IMG/VR virus record: IMGVR_UViG_3300027749_003742
Location: 1 to 60,982 of that record
Length of the DNA: 60,982 bases
Direction: 5' to 3' (one strand)
Source: a virus
Lineage: Duplodnaviria > Caudoviricetes
Position 1 is the first letter of the stretch. Every line of letters starts with the position of its first letter. Shown piece after piece: positions 1-9,964 of the stretch. A program made the position numbers and the translations under genes. The notes below the pieces were generated by a model, which had not been told where the DNA came from, did no database searches, and worked only from the letters and a program-made list of their open reading frames with translations.

Positions 1-493
1 CAAGTTCAATATTGAAATTACTAATGATATGGATATCAATAACAAAATGGTTACCTTGGGAGTTGCTAAACCTAAAATAAGAAAAATAGTTAGTAATGTA
101 TTCGAGATAAATAAGGACACTCTTTTGGTTAACCTAATATCGGATAACTCTGACATCTCTCAGACAGTTAAATTAGGTAGAGGGATAGTTGTTAATACTT
201 TGGTAAGTATTGCTGGTCACACAACGATTGGTGATTTTGTATTTATTAATAGAAATGTTAGTATTGGACATCATACTGTAATTGGTGAATACACAACAAT
301 AAATCCTGGTGTTAATATTGCTGGTAATGTAATAATTGGTGAAGGTTGTCAAATAGGAATTGGTGCGAATATAATTGACGGTGTTAAGATAGGAAATAAT
401 ACCATTATTGGCGCAGGTTCTTTGGTGACCAAAGATATCCCTGATAATGTTGTTGCATATGGAAATCCTTGTAAAATAATAAAACAAATTTAA
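1..493 (+). CDS. Hexapeptide-repeat sugar O/N-acetyltransferase (NeuD/PglD-like), 5'-partial
   Basis: Left-handed beta-helix repeats (IGDFVFI, IGEYTTI, IGEGCQIG), IGAGSLVTKDIP and GNPCKII terminus; frame is open from the window start. Confidence 0.85.
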   Translation, partial: KFNIEITNDMDINNKMVTLGVAKPKIRKIVSNVFEINKDTLLVNLISDNSDISQTVKLGRGIVVNTLVSIAGHTTIGDFVFINRNVSIGHHTVIGEYTTINPGVNIAGNVIIGEGCQIGIGANIIDGVKIGNNTIIGAGSLVTKDIPDNVVAYGNPCKIIKQI

Positions 494-500
494 TAAAGAT

Positions 501-1220
501 ATGAAAAATTTATATTTAACCATGAATCTTTTTGGTTACGAAAAACTAACTCCTCCACCTGAATTATTACCAAAAAATTTAACCACTTGTTATATTACGG
601 ATAATGATGAAATTGCAAAACAAGCAAAAAAACTTGGGTGGGATATTGTTAAATATATAAATTTATTTAAGGATGTAATAGATAAATTAGATAAAAGAAT
701 ATCAGTTGCACGAATAAAATGTTTCCCTAAAGAATTTGTACCTGAAGTAGACGATTTTGAATTTATATTTATTTGTGATAGTAACATATCTAAAATTAGA
801 AAGGATTATCAAAACTTTATAGATAGTTGTACAGAAGACAAATGTCTTTTTCTCACCTCAAAATATTACTCTAATGGTAGAGATAATATTGTGTCAGAAT
901 TAATGGAATCTAAACAACTTAGATGGTCATATAATTTTGATGGGATGATAAAATCAACAGATAAATATATGAAAGAATTAGAATCAAAAGGAATTAATTA
1001 TAAAAATTTAAGTGTTGTCTCAGGGAAATATATTGGGTGGAATTTAAATCATAAATATTATGACGAAATTTCAAATAAAATTTATAATGAAAGAAAAGTT
1101 AATCTCCAAGGTAATATCATATTAACTTACATAAGTGGAATATATAAAAATGAAGTCAATAATTTTGCAACTGAAAGTTGGGCAAGAAGTGAATTAAATA
1201 ATCATAATTTTCAAGCATAA
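501..1220 (+). CDS. Putative glycosyltransferase-like protein
   Basis: CYITDN and FIFICDSN motifs; lies in a sugar-modification cluster. Confidence 0.45.
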   Translation: MKNLYLTMNLFGYEKLTPPPELLPKNLTTCYITDNDEIAKQAKKLGWDIVKYINLFKDVIDKLDKRISVARIKCFPKEFVPEVDDFEFIFICDSNISKIRKDYQNFIDSCTEDKCLFLTSKYYSNGRDNIVSELMESKQLRWSYNFDGMIKSTDKYMKELESKGINYKNLSVVSGKYIGWNLNHKYYDEISNKIYNERKVNLQGNIILTYISGIYKNEVNNFATESWARSELNNHNFQA

Positions 1221-1262
1221 AAAACAAAATGAAACATAACCCTTGTAAAATAATTAGAAAAA

Positions 1263-1892
1263 ATGGCTGAAGGAGTATATAAAATAACTGAGGAGTTTGA
1301 AAAAAAAATTTCCGATTATACTGGTGCTCCATATGTGGTGACTGTTGACAATCAAAGCAATGCGTTGTTTTTGTCGTTATATTATGAAAACATAAAAGGA
1401 AAAGAAATTGAAATCCCTAACAGGACATATCCATCAGTACCTTGCGAAATTATACATGCTGGTGGTAAAGTTAAATTTTATAAAATTGATGGTGAAAAAT
1501 TAAAGGGGGCTTATCAGTTAAAACCAACAAGAGTATGGGATTCGGCGTTAAGATTCACCGCTAATATGTTTATACCTAATACGCATATGTGTGTTTCATT
1601 TACGGGTCCTTATAAACATTTAAAACTATCAAAAGGTGGAGCAATACTGACTGATGATGTTAAAGCTTATGAATGGTTTAAACGGGCTAGATTTAGTGGT
1701 CGTAGAGAATGTTCTTATCACGATGATGAATTTGATATGTTAGGATGGAATTTTTATATGATGCCTGAATTATCGGCCAGAGGTTTATTAATGATGAACC
1801 AATTTTATGATTATGATGGTAATAAAAAGACAAATGATGATATTGAATTACCATATCCTGATTTATCTAAGTTTAAAATATATACACAATGA
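1263..1892 (+). CDS. DegT/DnrJ/EryC1/StrS-family PLP sugar aminotransferase (short form)
   Basis: FEKKISDYTGAPY, PNRTYPSV, SFTGPYKHL (PLP Lys), GGAILTDD, GWNFYM. Confidence 0.85.
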   Translation: MAEGVYKITEEFEKKISDYTGAPYVVTVDNQSNALFLSLYYENIKGKEIEIPNRTYPSVPCEIIHAGGKVKFYKIDGEKLKGAYQLKPTRVWDSALRFTANMFIPNTHMCVSFTGPYKHLKLSKGGAILTDDVKAYEWFKRARFSGRRECSYHDDEFDMLGWNFYMMPELSARGLLMMNQFYDYDGNKKTNDDIELPYPDLSKFKIYTQ

Positions 1893-2461
1893 AATTACAC
1901 ATTATAACCCCACTTTATCGGTTTAATTTATTAGAAGAAGTTTATAATTCAATACTTATGAATGACGATATAATTTGGCATATCTCAAAATCAAATAAAC
2001 GAGAAGAATTAGATTATGATTTTTTAAAAAAAGATAAAAGAATTAGATTATATAATGTTGATTGTGAAGATACTGATACAACTTCTAAAAGAAACGCCGT
2101 TTTTGATAATATTAAAGATGGGTATTTTTGTTTATTAGACGATGATACCATTTTTCATGAAAATATGTATATAAAATATTTGGAATGTGTGGAACATAAT
2201 TTTAGAGGTATGTTAGTTGGTGAACAGATTAATAAAGATGGTAAGTTAAGACGTATTGCAAGTAAACCTGTCTATGATAGAATAGATACTGGTAATGTTA
2301 TATCTCACTATAAATGTTTAACTGAATGTAAATGGCCTAAAGAGCATATTAGAGGTGTTAATCAAAAAGATTTTCTTTTTTGGGATTCGGTATATGAATT
2401 CTACGGAAAAAAATGTGGTATTTGGAATCAACCAATATCATATTATAATAAACTTTCATAA
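1889..2461 (+). CDS. GT-A fold glycosyltransferase (family 2-like)
   Basis: IITPLYR, KRN, LLDDDT (DxD), IDTGN, D..FW. Confidence 0.7.
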   Translation: MKLHIITPLYRFNLLEEVYNSILMNDDIIWHISKSNKREELDYDFLKKDKRIRLYNVDCEDTDTTSKRNAVFDNIKDGYFCLLDDDTIFHENMYIKYLECVEHNFRGMLVGEQINKDGKLRRIASKPVYDRIDTGNVISHYKCLTECKWPKEHIRGVNQKDFLFWDSVYEFYGKKCGIWNQPISYYNKLS

Positions 2462-2510
2462 CTCTTTTTTTCGGTGTTCTTGTGTATTTATATATAAACA
2501 AATATATACC

Positions 2511-3131
2511 GTGAAAAAAATTGTAAGACTAACCGAATCTGATTTAACCCGTATTGTTAAACGTGTTGTTGAAGAAAACGAAATGACCGAAGAAGGGTCT
2601 AGTCGTTATATGTTCTTTTCAAATCTACAACAGATGAAAAGACAATGTGAATATCTATTGGACTTTGATGAAGAACAAGTTGAGGAGATATTGAATAATG
2701 GACATGATTGGGCTCAAGACCATATTTCTGAGGCTAAGAACAATATGGACCAAGTTTTTGATTTCTTAATGAATGAGATTAAAGGTGATGATGCCGATGT
2801 GAAGAGTGAATCTTATTTACCAAATATTAGAGGAAAGAAAATATATGAGGACCAATATGGTTCCGTTGAAATCCTACCTATTCAAGAATCAGAATACAAG
2901 GGACGTAAGGTTACATTGAATAAACCTTTCTATACTCCTGATGGACCAAAGAAAAGGTCTGTATATGTAAAGAACTCCAAGGGTAATATTGTTAAGGTTA
3001 ATTTTGGGGACCCCAATATGAGGATTAAAAAAAATAGTCCATCTCATCGTAAATCTTTTAGAGCAAGACATCATTGTGAAAATCCTGGACCAAAGTGGAA
3101 AAGTAAATTTTGGAGTTGTAAAGCTTGGTAA
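2511..3131 (+). CDS. Putative virion-associated protein with RLTESDL leader and basic C-terminal domain (DUF6321-like)
   Basis: GTG start after TATTTAT; VKKIVRLTESDL; C-terminal KVNFGDP..RKSFRARH.C...FWSCKAW. Confidence 0.6.
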   Translation: MKKIVRLTESDLTRIVKRVVEENEMTEEGSSRYMFFSNLQQMKRQCEYLLDFDEEQVEEILNNGHDWAQDHISEAKNNMDQVFDFLMNEIKGDDADVKSESYLPNIRGKKIYEDQYGSVEILPIQESEYKGRKVTLNKPFYTPDGPKKRSVYVKNSKGNIVKVNFGDPNMRIKKNSPSHRKSFRARHHCENPGPKWKSKFWSCKAW

Positions 3132-3141
3132 TAATTAATTT

Positions 3142-3168
3142 AACCCCACCTCATCAGTGGGGTTTTTT
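3142..3168 (+). terminator. Rho-independent terminator
   Basis: AACCCCAC-loop-GTGGGGTT followed by T-tract. Confidence 0.85.
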
Positions 3169-3191
3169 GTTTTTACGAGTATTTATCTAAT

Positions 3192-4292
3192 ATGAATTCG
3201 GAACAATTAATAACAGATTTTAATGATGGTGACTATGAGAGTGATGTTAGACCATTGTTTAATGATATAAACACTTTTCTAAGGTTTGCCACTAAACACG
3301 ATTTTATTGATGAATTATTATTGGATAATATTCCTCATAATGAATTTGGTGACGCGTTACCATACTTAGATAGTTTAGGTAAAGTAGATAAGTTGGATTA
3401 CAATAGTGTTCCTGAAGAGTTTAAAAACGAATTATTATTATACAAATTAGAGAAAAACCCTCAGGAAACTTTAAATTACGTCACAAATAATTTAATTACT
3501 GATGTTAATTTTATGAATGGTGGTTATTATCTACATGTTAAAGACAGAACAGAACTTGCTGACCTTTTTAAAAGTAGTGGTAGAGATACTTCACCTCATG
3601 ATTGCGCCAAAGCCGTTTTGGGTGAGGATTCATGGGACCCATATTGGGATACTACGGCCGATGTATATCGTGATGTTATTGAGGATTTAAACGAAGAGAA
3701 CCTTGGAAATTTAGCCGAATACATTATTAAACAGATTGGAGGTCAGGAATTTTCTTTGGAGGATTATGATGACGAGTTATTTACTACCTTTTCCACAGAA
3801 CAAGGAACCGAAGGAACATTTCAGATAACAAAAGAGAATGTAATGAGGTTAATCAAGGATGAAAGCGCTATGAAGGAAATGTTAAAAGGTGATTTATCTG
3901 ATTTAAAGAGTGAATTATATTCCATCCACAATAACGCTTACAACAATGCCTACGAAACAGAAATCTATAATGATGTATGGTCAGAGTTATCTACTTATTT
4001 TGTTACAGGTTCTTGGGAAACAGAAACAAAAGAAAGGTCCGATGGGAAGAAAATTTATCACGAATATATTAAAATCAATGATTTCTCGCGAGTCGTATAT
4101 GATTTCTTATCTGACAATAAGGGAGGTACTTATAACGAGAGTTTTATGGAGTATTTTGGTACTTATGTCGGTGTTATCGCCACTTTAATGGACAATAGTG
4201 ATTATGAATGGTTAAGTTTTAGAATACCTGACTATCCTGATTGGAGTACAACTAAAAAATATATAAACGAGTATTTCGGAAATTACATTTAA
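3192..4292 (+). CDS. Acidic hypothetical phage protein
   Basis: 366-aa ORF with TATTTAT upstream. Confidence 0.7.
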   Translation: MNSEQLITDFNDGDYESDVRPLFNDINTFLRFATKHDFIDELLLDNIPHNEFGDALPYLDSLGKVDKLDYNSVPEEFKNELLLYKLEKNPQETLNYVTNNLITDVNFMNGGYYLHVKDRTELADLFKSSGRDTSPHDCAKAVLGEDSWDPYWDTTADVYRDVIEDLNEENLGNLAEYIIKQIGGQEFSLEDYDDELFTTFSTEQGTEGTFQITKENVMRLIKDESAMKEMLKGDLSDLKSELYSIHNNAYNNAYETEIYNDVWSELSTYFVTGSWETETKERSDGKKIYHEYIKINDFSRVVYDFLSDNKGGTYNESFMEYFGTYVGVIATLMDNSDYEWLSFRIPDYPDWSTTKKYINEYFGNYI

Positions 4293-4293
4293 C

Positions 4294-4605
4294 ATGAAAT
4301 ACCTTGTAACTAAATCACAATTATTAGAAGCGACCAAGTTCCCAAAAGGAACTGTTGTTCCCGACAAATATTGCCCAATGGTTGAAAGACTTATTATGGA
4401 GTATTATGGTGACAAAATTTGTGATATTCTTGTCGTACCATCCGATAAGGAATACTCTCATTATGTTTTAATCTCGTATAACGGTTATTCTCTTAAAGGG
4501 ACATCAGAAAGAATTGAGAACTTAATTGAGGGGTTTCTCCCTATTAAAACTTTGGTTATCGTTATGGACAATGACGGAGGATGTGATGATGATAGTGACC
4601 TTTAA
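4294..4605 (+). CDS. Hypothetical protein with MKYLVT leader
   Basis: Tightly packed ORF with leader motif. Confidence 0.65.
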   Translation: MKYLVTKSQLLEATKFPKGTVVPDKYCPMVERLIMEYYGDKICDILVVPSDKEYSHYVLISYNGYSLKGTSERIENLIEGFLPIKTLVIVMDNDGGCDDDSDL

Positions 4606-4611
4606 GAAAAT

Positions 4612-5004
4612 ATGGAATATAAATTAACAAATGAACAATTATTTAATTCCTTCAAATCTATAATGAGGGAGTATTCTGAATTGGAAAGTGCCGAAAAGAG
4701 TTATGACTATCATGATTATGAAAAATCTAGATATGTTGATGCAAATGTCGTCAACTATTATGAAGATTTAGAAGAAGATTGGGAGAGCGATGATTGGATA
4801 TTTCAAGTTCAGTATTACAAAGGTGATTGGGGATATGGTCTTGAGTTACCTATTTTAAGATATGCCGAATACATGGAAAATGGAAGGTTTAGAAATACTA
4901 AATCAGTTTTTGGAGACCTTTTTGAACCGTTATTAAAAGAATGGTTTAACACTACTTATCCTGTGGAGATACCTATAAAAACAGTAACAAAAGAACAAGA
5001 CTAA
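4612..5004 (+). CDS. Hypothetical protein
   Basis: Packed ORF; C-terminal WF motif shared with paralogues. Confidence 0.65.
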   Translation: MEYKLTNEQLFNSFKSIMREYSELESAEKSYDYHDYEKSRYVDANVVNYYEDLEEDWESDDWIFQVQYYKGDWGYGLELPILRYAEYMENGRFRNTKSVFGDLFEPLLKEWFNTTYPVEIPIKTVTKEQD

Positions 5005-5005
5005 T

Positions 5006-5323
5006 ATGAAAATTTTAATTACGGAAAATCAAATCGATAAACTACAAGTTCATATTCAAAATGTAATTGACTCCGAATTGGATAATATACGTGAGGAATC
5101 TCAAGAATGGGGTTTAGGCGAAATGGATGAGTTGGATGAAGTTGATTCCATAGATAAAATTGTTATTGATAGAATTGTTCCTCATATTGGAATTGTTGTT
5201 TATATTGACATTTATTCCAAAACAGATAGAGAAGATTTTGACAATATTAGAGCCGAGATTCAATATAGGGTTTCAGAATGGGTACCTAACGTAAAACTAT
5301 TCATTAACAACATTATTAGATAA
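5006..5323 (+). CDS. Hypothetical protein with MKILITENQ leader
   Basis: ORF with leader motif. Confidence 0.65.
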   Translation: MKILITENQIDKLQVHIQNVIDSELDNIREESQEWGLGEMDELDEVDSIDKIVIDRIVPHIGIVVYIDIYSKTDREDFDNIRAEIQYRVSEWVPNVKLFINNIIR

Positions 5324-5328
5324 AGAAA

Positions 5329-5571
5329 ATGTCAAACACTCATCTCCCACACGATTTATCGTTAACCCTAAATAAAAAGGGTTACACTAAACCATCTAAC
5401 GCTTATTACAATATCTACAATCAAAGTATTTTTTATCAGACACCAAAAATACATAGTGAAGCCATTTGGGCTCCGACATTTGGTGAGGTAATCGATTGGT
5501 TTAAAGAGACCTACAACATGGATGTCTTCCCCACTGTAGACTCAATTGAGGTCGCGTTAAATAAAATATAA
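5329..5571 (+). CDS. Hypothetical protein
   Basis: ORF with APTFGEVIDWF motif. Confidence 0.55.
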   Translation: MSNTHLPHDLSLTLNKKGYTKPSNAYYNIYNQSIFYQTPKIHSEAIWAPTFGEVIDWFKETYNMDVFPTVDSIEVALNKI

Positions 5572-5618
5572 TTTTATTCCTTTTGAGGGGATAAGATATT
5601 TATAATTAAAATGAAAAT

Positions 5619-6395
5619 ATGAAACACTTACTAAATAACTTATCGAACGAAGAAAAAAATAATATCCGTAAACAACATACAGGTGGTATGAGTGTTATGA
5701 CCGAAAATTTCGGTAGACTAATGAACGCGAAACTTGGTAATGCCAAACCATTGATTAATGAACAAAATGTAGGTACCGCTCATGCGTCGAATATTAATAA
5801 CTACCCTAACTGTGTTCGAACTTTAGGTCGACCGACTAAAATTACCCCAAACCCCACAACATGGTTTGACCATGCTATTATGGGTAATGGAACAACAAAA
5901 GGATTTATATTTTACCCATATATGGTGGGTCAAGATGGAAAATCTTTAATGGTTCCTAATTCTTTAAAAGTTAATAAACCAGGAACAACAGGTGAAGACG
6001 GAAGAGTGGTTTACGCTTGTAAAGGTAACGACATTTTAATCGAGGGAAAATTATATTCCTCTAAATGTCCTGTTGGTAAAGGTACGTCTGAGGAAATTAA
6101 AGAATTCCAAGATTGGTTAGATAGTAACGTTAAAGGGTGGGTCGCAAGCCAACCTGATGGTCTTAAAAAAGACCCAACAAAAGGTTATGGTAAATGTGGA
6201 CCAAGTACTCGAAAGGCTTGGGAGAAGAATAAAGACGATTTCAAATTACAGAAAACCGTTAAGTTTGTTCCACCATCGGTAGAACCTGGTGAAGGAGATG
6301 ATGTAGTTATTCCTGATGCGGTAGCCGTTAACGAAAATTTCCGTAGATTAATGAATGCTAAACATGGTAACGCTAAACCATTAATTAATAATTAA
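5619..6395 (+). CDS. Putative virion protein with PG-binding-like domain and duplicated terminal motif
   Basis: EEIKEFQDWL..G.CGPSTRKAW resembles PG_binding_1; ENF.RLMNAK.GNAKPLIN occurs near both ends. Confidence 0.55.
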   Translation: MKHLLNNLSNEEKNNIRKQHTGGMSVMTENFGRLMNAKLGNAKPLINEQNVGTAHASNINNYPNCVRTLGRPTKITPNPTTWFDHAIMGNGTTKGFIFYPYMVGQDGKSLMVPNSLKVNKPGTTGEDGRVVYACKGNDILIEGKLYSSKCPVGKGTSEEIKEFQDWLDSNVKGWVASQPDGLKKDPTKGYGKCGPSTRKAWEKNKDDFKLQKTVKFVPPSVEPGEGDDVVIPDAVAVNENFRRLMNAKHGNAKPLINN

Positions 6396-6411
6396 ATTTT
6401 TAAATTAATTT

Positions 6412-6443
6412 AAAACCCCCATTTCTAAAGAGTGGGGTTTTTT
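6412..6443 (+). terminator. Rho-independent terminator
   Basis: AAAACCCC..GGGGTTTTT. Confidence 0.8.
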
Positions 6444-6472
6444 ATTTCAGAAATTTTTTCTATCTTTACCCT

Positions 6473-6667
6473 ATGGAAGAATTTATTGGAAAAGAAGTTA
6501 TCATTTATCCTGGTGACACACACAAAAAACAAGGTATTGTTAAATCGGTTAGCTTTAACGGAGTTACGTTTATGATTACAAAATACGATAAAAATGACGG
6601 ACAATACGTTGTTGGGAAACTAACGTTTATTTCTTATAGTGCAAGACTAACCTTTAGAGAAATATAA
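6473..6667 (+). CDS. Small hypothetical protein
   Basis: ORF after a TATCTTTA promoter-like element. Confidence 0.6.
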   Translation: MEEFIGKEVIIYPGDTHKKQGIVKSVSFNGVTFMITKYDKNDGQYVVGKLTFISYSARLTFREI

Positions 6668-6668
6668 T

Positions 6669-6923
6669 ATGAAAAAATTACGAAAAGAAATAGAGTTCAA
6701 GGGACAAGGCGGTTTACTTGACGCGTTTGATGATATGTTGAAAGAAAAATACAACATAACTGATGAAGAATATGATTACATCGCTATGACCGCCACTGAC
6801 GAAGAGTTAAGTATATTCCTTAATGGACTTGGTAGTTTGGGTAGTACCCCATCATTCGCCACTAAACGTAAATCATTGGAGATTCGTAACAAATACCTCA
6901 ACCTTTTTAACGAACAATCATGA
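6669..6923 (+). CDS. Hypothetical protein
   Basis: Packed ORF. Confidence 0.6.
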   Translation: MKKLRKEIEFKGQGGLLDAFDDMLKEKYNITDEEYDYIAMTATDEELSIFLNGLGSLGSTPSFATKRKSLEIRNKYLNLFNEQS

Positions 6924-7063
6924 AAAAATTCATTATATTAATTCTTATTTCATTCATTTTTGTTTCTTGTAATCCCATGATGCACGTTGTTGGTTCGGGT
7001 ATGAGAAAAATGAATACCAAACAAAATAAATATTCGGCAAAAAAACCGTACGTTAAAAGTTAA
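6920..7063 (+). CDS. Small lipoprotein (not in ORF track)
   Basis: MKKFIILILISFIFVSC lipobox; ATGA overlap with upstream stop. Confidence 0.6.
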   Translation: MKKFIILILISFIFVSCNPMMHVVGSGMRKMNTKQNKYSAKKPYVKS

Positions 7064-7067
7064 CAGT

Positions 7068-7409
7068 ATGAAATTCCCACAACATCTATTAAAAGTATTG
7101 GAAAAAACCAATCCTGAAATAATGGATATACATGTTATTGACCACGAAGAAATGTCTGTCATTAATCCGATGGGGTTTGAAAGAAAATTTAAGTTTATCG
7201 TGAATTTAAGGGTGTCGTTTAATGATAAATTCAATGATTATGACACTCCTCATATGATTAATGTAAAAAAATATGAGACACTTATTGGAAGTTTATTTAA
7301 TATGTCCTTTCCTGATAACGATAATGTAACGATTAATGTTACGGACATTATTGTTCCCTCAAGAAGGGACCCTCATTCTCGTGAGGAATTTTTTAAGATA
7401 TGGGAGTAA
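7068..7409 (+). CDS. Hypothetical protein
   Basis: Packed ORF. Confidence 0.6.
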   Translation: MKFPQHLLKVLEKTNPEIMDIHVIDHEEMSVINPMGFERKFKFIVNLRVSFNDKFNDYDTPHMINVKKYETLIGSLFNMSFPDNDNVTINVTDIIVPSRRDPHSREEFFKIWE

Positions 7410-7439
7410 CTATATTTTATTATGGGGTATTTATATGAT

Positions 7440-7745
7440 ATGAACTACATCATCACTGAAAATAGAGTAACCGAGTTAAAGACCAATTTTCTTAATGGAT
7501 ATATTGGGGATAATGTTTCACGACTTGGTCCGTATATTTTGATTTATGATACTAACGAACATGATGATTTTGAGGGATTAGAACCTTTTTTTGAGTATGA
7601 TTATAGTGATGGAAGATTATTCATTAACTCCGACATTAGAGACAATTTTATGTCTTTATTTGGTGCCGAGAATTCCGAGGCCGATGAGTTCATTTCAGAT
7701 TGGTTCTCAGATAAATTTGGGGTTACCGTAGAATTTACCGCATAA
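7440..7745 (+). CDS. Hypothetical protein with MNYIITEN leader
   Basis: TATTTAT upstream; leader motif; DWF.DKFG C-terminus. Confidence 0.65.
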   Translation: MNYIITENRVTELKTNFLNGYIGDNVSRLGPYILIYDTNEHDDFEGLEPFFEYDYSDGRLFINSDIRDNFMSLFGAENSEADEFISDWFSDKFGVTVEFTA

Positions 7746-7746
7746 G

Positions 7747-8094
7747 ATGAAAATATTAATTAAAGAATCACAGTTAAAAAGTTTTATTAAAAATAAACTT
7801 GGTGTTGATTTAACCGACAGGATAAATATTGTGACCAATAAGTGGGAATTACCCATGGAGTTTGATAATATTATAACCCCAACTATTTTGAACAAATATC
7901 TTAATAATTATGGCCCCATGTTCTTTATTGAAACAAAGAATAATCTGTACCTGACCCAAGATAGAGGAAGAGATAATGAATGGTTTACTATAGATAAAAA
8001 TGGAGGGATTACTGACGATTTTGAAGTAATGACCAACCTTGGGGTTGGTAAATTAGGATTATCAATGAATGACCTAATTTCAATGTACTTTTAA
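7747..8094 (+). CDS. Hypothetical protein with MKILIKESQL leader
   Basis: ORF with leader motif. Confidence 0.65.
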   Translation: MKILIKESQLKSFIKNKLGVDLTDRINIVTNKWELPMEFDNIITPTILNKYLNNYGPMFFIETKNNLYLTQDRGRDNEWFTIDKNGGITDDFEVMTNLGVGKLGLSMNDLISMYF

Positions 8095-8131
8095 ACCTAT
8101 TTTCAAGTATTTATATTAAAACAAATATATT

Positions 8132-8371
8132 ATGGTGAAAATAGTGAGGTTAACAGAATCTGATTTAATCAGATTAACCAAAAAAATCATCAAGGAAGGT
8201 GATAATGAATCAAAAAAACTTAATAGTTTAAAACATGATGTTAAAACTCTATTGAGTAGAAAACTTGCGACAATTGATACAAGCAAGGGAGATTGGAAAC
8301 ACGGTTCTCGTGATTTTACATTAACAGAAATTTTAGACGATTTAGAAAGAATTGTAAAAGAATATAGATAA
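8132..8371 (+). CDS. Small protein with RLTESDL leader
   Basis: TATTTAT upstream; MVKIVRLTESDL..IIKE. Confidence 0.65.
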   Translation: MVKIVRLTESDLIRLTKKIIKEGDNESKKLNSLKHDVKTLLSRKLATIDTSKGDWKHGSRDFTLTEILDDLERIVKEYR

Positions 8372-8372
8372 T

Positions 8373-8966
8373 ATGGACTATCTTATTACGGAAGACCAAT
8401 ATCAGAGAGTTGTTAAGGGTACCCCTAACATCGAATCATTAATCATTAAGTTCTTAGATAACTACATGAAGGGGGTGACACATGTTTCTACTCCAAAATC
8501 ACGTAATTATGGTAATCTTAGACAAGATTGGTGTAAAAATGGTGTAGAAGTAATGATAACTATATATTATTTTGATAATAACGAGTTTTATAACGGGTAT
8601 TTGTCAGTTGATGAAGAATTGGTTAAAGATATTATGACCCTCTTTAGAGTGAGGAAATCATACGTTTTACACGTTATTTCTGATTGGTTTGAGGAAAAAT
8701 ATTCCACAGAATTTGCTAAGAAAATGGGTGAACCTGAACTTGGTATTGATGATGTCGATACTGATGATAAAAAAGTTGCTTGTTCTAAAGAATCCACATT
8801 ACCTGAGGGAATCACTAAAGATGAGATGGTGGATTTTATTGTTAAAAATACCGCGTATCGTAGAGATGAGGTGGTTAAACAAATTGAATCAGGTGAAAGA
8901 GAGATAGAAGATTTCTATCTTGATATTGTTGACACTGTCGATAGAAAACAAAGATACGGATTTTAA
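8373..8966 (+). CDS. Hypothetical protein with MDYLITEDQY leader
   Basis: Leader motif; ISDWFEEKY. Confidence 0.65.
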   Translation: MDYLITEDQYQRVVKGTPNIESLIIKFLDNYMKGVTHVSTPKSRNYGNLRQDWCKNGVEVMITIYYFDNNEFYNGYLSVDEELVKDIMTLFRVRKSYVLHVISDWFEEKYSTEFAKKMGEPELGIDDVDTDDKKVACSKESTLPEGITKDEMVDFIVKNTAYRRDEVVKQIESGEREIEDFYLDIVDTVDRKQRYGF

Positions 8967-8967
8967 T

Positions 8968-9597
8968 ATGAAATACTTTATTACAGAATCACAATATCAT
9001 TCATTGTCCGTAAGGAGACGTTCTGACGCTATTGAACATGTGGTGGACAATCTTATGGAAAATATGTATACCTGTGATTACGAGAACTCAAATCAGTTTA
9101 TTGAGGGGGTTTCTGATGAACTATATTTTTATTATCAAGACGTTGACGATTTAAAAGATTTACCTTATCCTGAAATTGCCGAATTTTTATTTAATGGTTT
9201 GTTTCATCACATAACAGGTTATTGGGAAGAAAGGTGTGGGGGACAAGAAATATCCGAAACTATCAAACCTATTAACACATCTAAAAAAAATTTAACAGAT
9301 GATTTTAAAATATTTGCCAAAGTATTGAACACTACTAATAAATTAACGGGTAAACCATATTACGATTTTTCTGACATTTATCCTGAATTAAAAATTATAT
9401 ATATAGAACCGATGACTGAAAATGGTGCCGAGATATATGTTAATGTTGAAGAGTCATTCCCAAAAGAAATTAGACGAGAATGGTGGAACGATGGAGAAAA
9501 AAAACAATCGTATAAAAGTAAAGTTTCATATCGATTATACGAACTAAGAACATTTTTAGGTCTTGGGTACGACTTTACCTTAAGAATCTATCCTTAA
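8968..9597 (+). CDS. Hypothetical protein with MKYFITESQY leader
   Basis: Leader motif; ATG just after upstream stop. Confidence 0.65.
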   Translation: MKYFITESQYHSLSVRRRSDAIEHVVDNLMENMYTCDYENSNQFIEGVSDELYFYYQDVDDLKDLPYPEIAEFLFNGLFHHITGYWEERCGGQEISETIKPINTSKKNLTDDFKIFAKVLNTTNKLTGKPYYDFSDIYPELKIIYIEPMTENGAEIYVNVEESFPKEIRREWWNDGEKKQSYKSKVSYRLYELRTFLGLGYDFTLRIYP

Positions 9598-9643
9598 TAT
9601 TTTTGACTAATTTAAATAATTACTTTATTCTTTAAATAAAAAT

Positions 9644-9940
9644 ATGCCAGATTTTCCATCAAAAAATTTAGAAAAGGTCAACGTAGTTATTTCTCATGAA
9701 ATGAAAGAAGGGAGGTCTTTATTTGAAGTTAGGTTTCTTGCCGAAGAAAGAAGAATCTCAATTCAGGAATGCGCCCATATTCTCGTAGGAGGCCTTGGGG
9801 TAATAATCCGAGCGTCAAGTCAAGGAGATTCAATTACCGAACATGAATTAATGAAACAAGTTGTCGAACACCTCACCAAGGAGTTTGTCTCACCTGATTC
9901 ATTTAAAGATGTTATGTTGAACAAAGACGCTCTATATTAA
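9644..9940 (+). CDS. Hypothetical protein
   Basis: ORF. Confidence 0.6.
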   Translation: MPDFPSKNLEKVNVVISHEMKEGRSLFEVRFLAEERRISIQECAHILVGGLGVIIRASSQGDSITEHELMKQVVEHLTKEFVSPDSFKDVMLNKDALY

Positions 9941-9964
9941 AGTAATTCCTATATATTTATCAGT

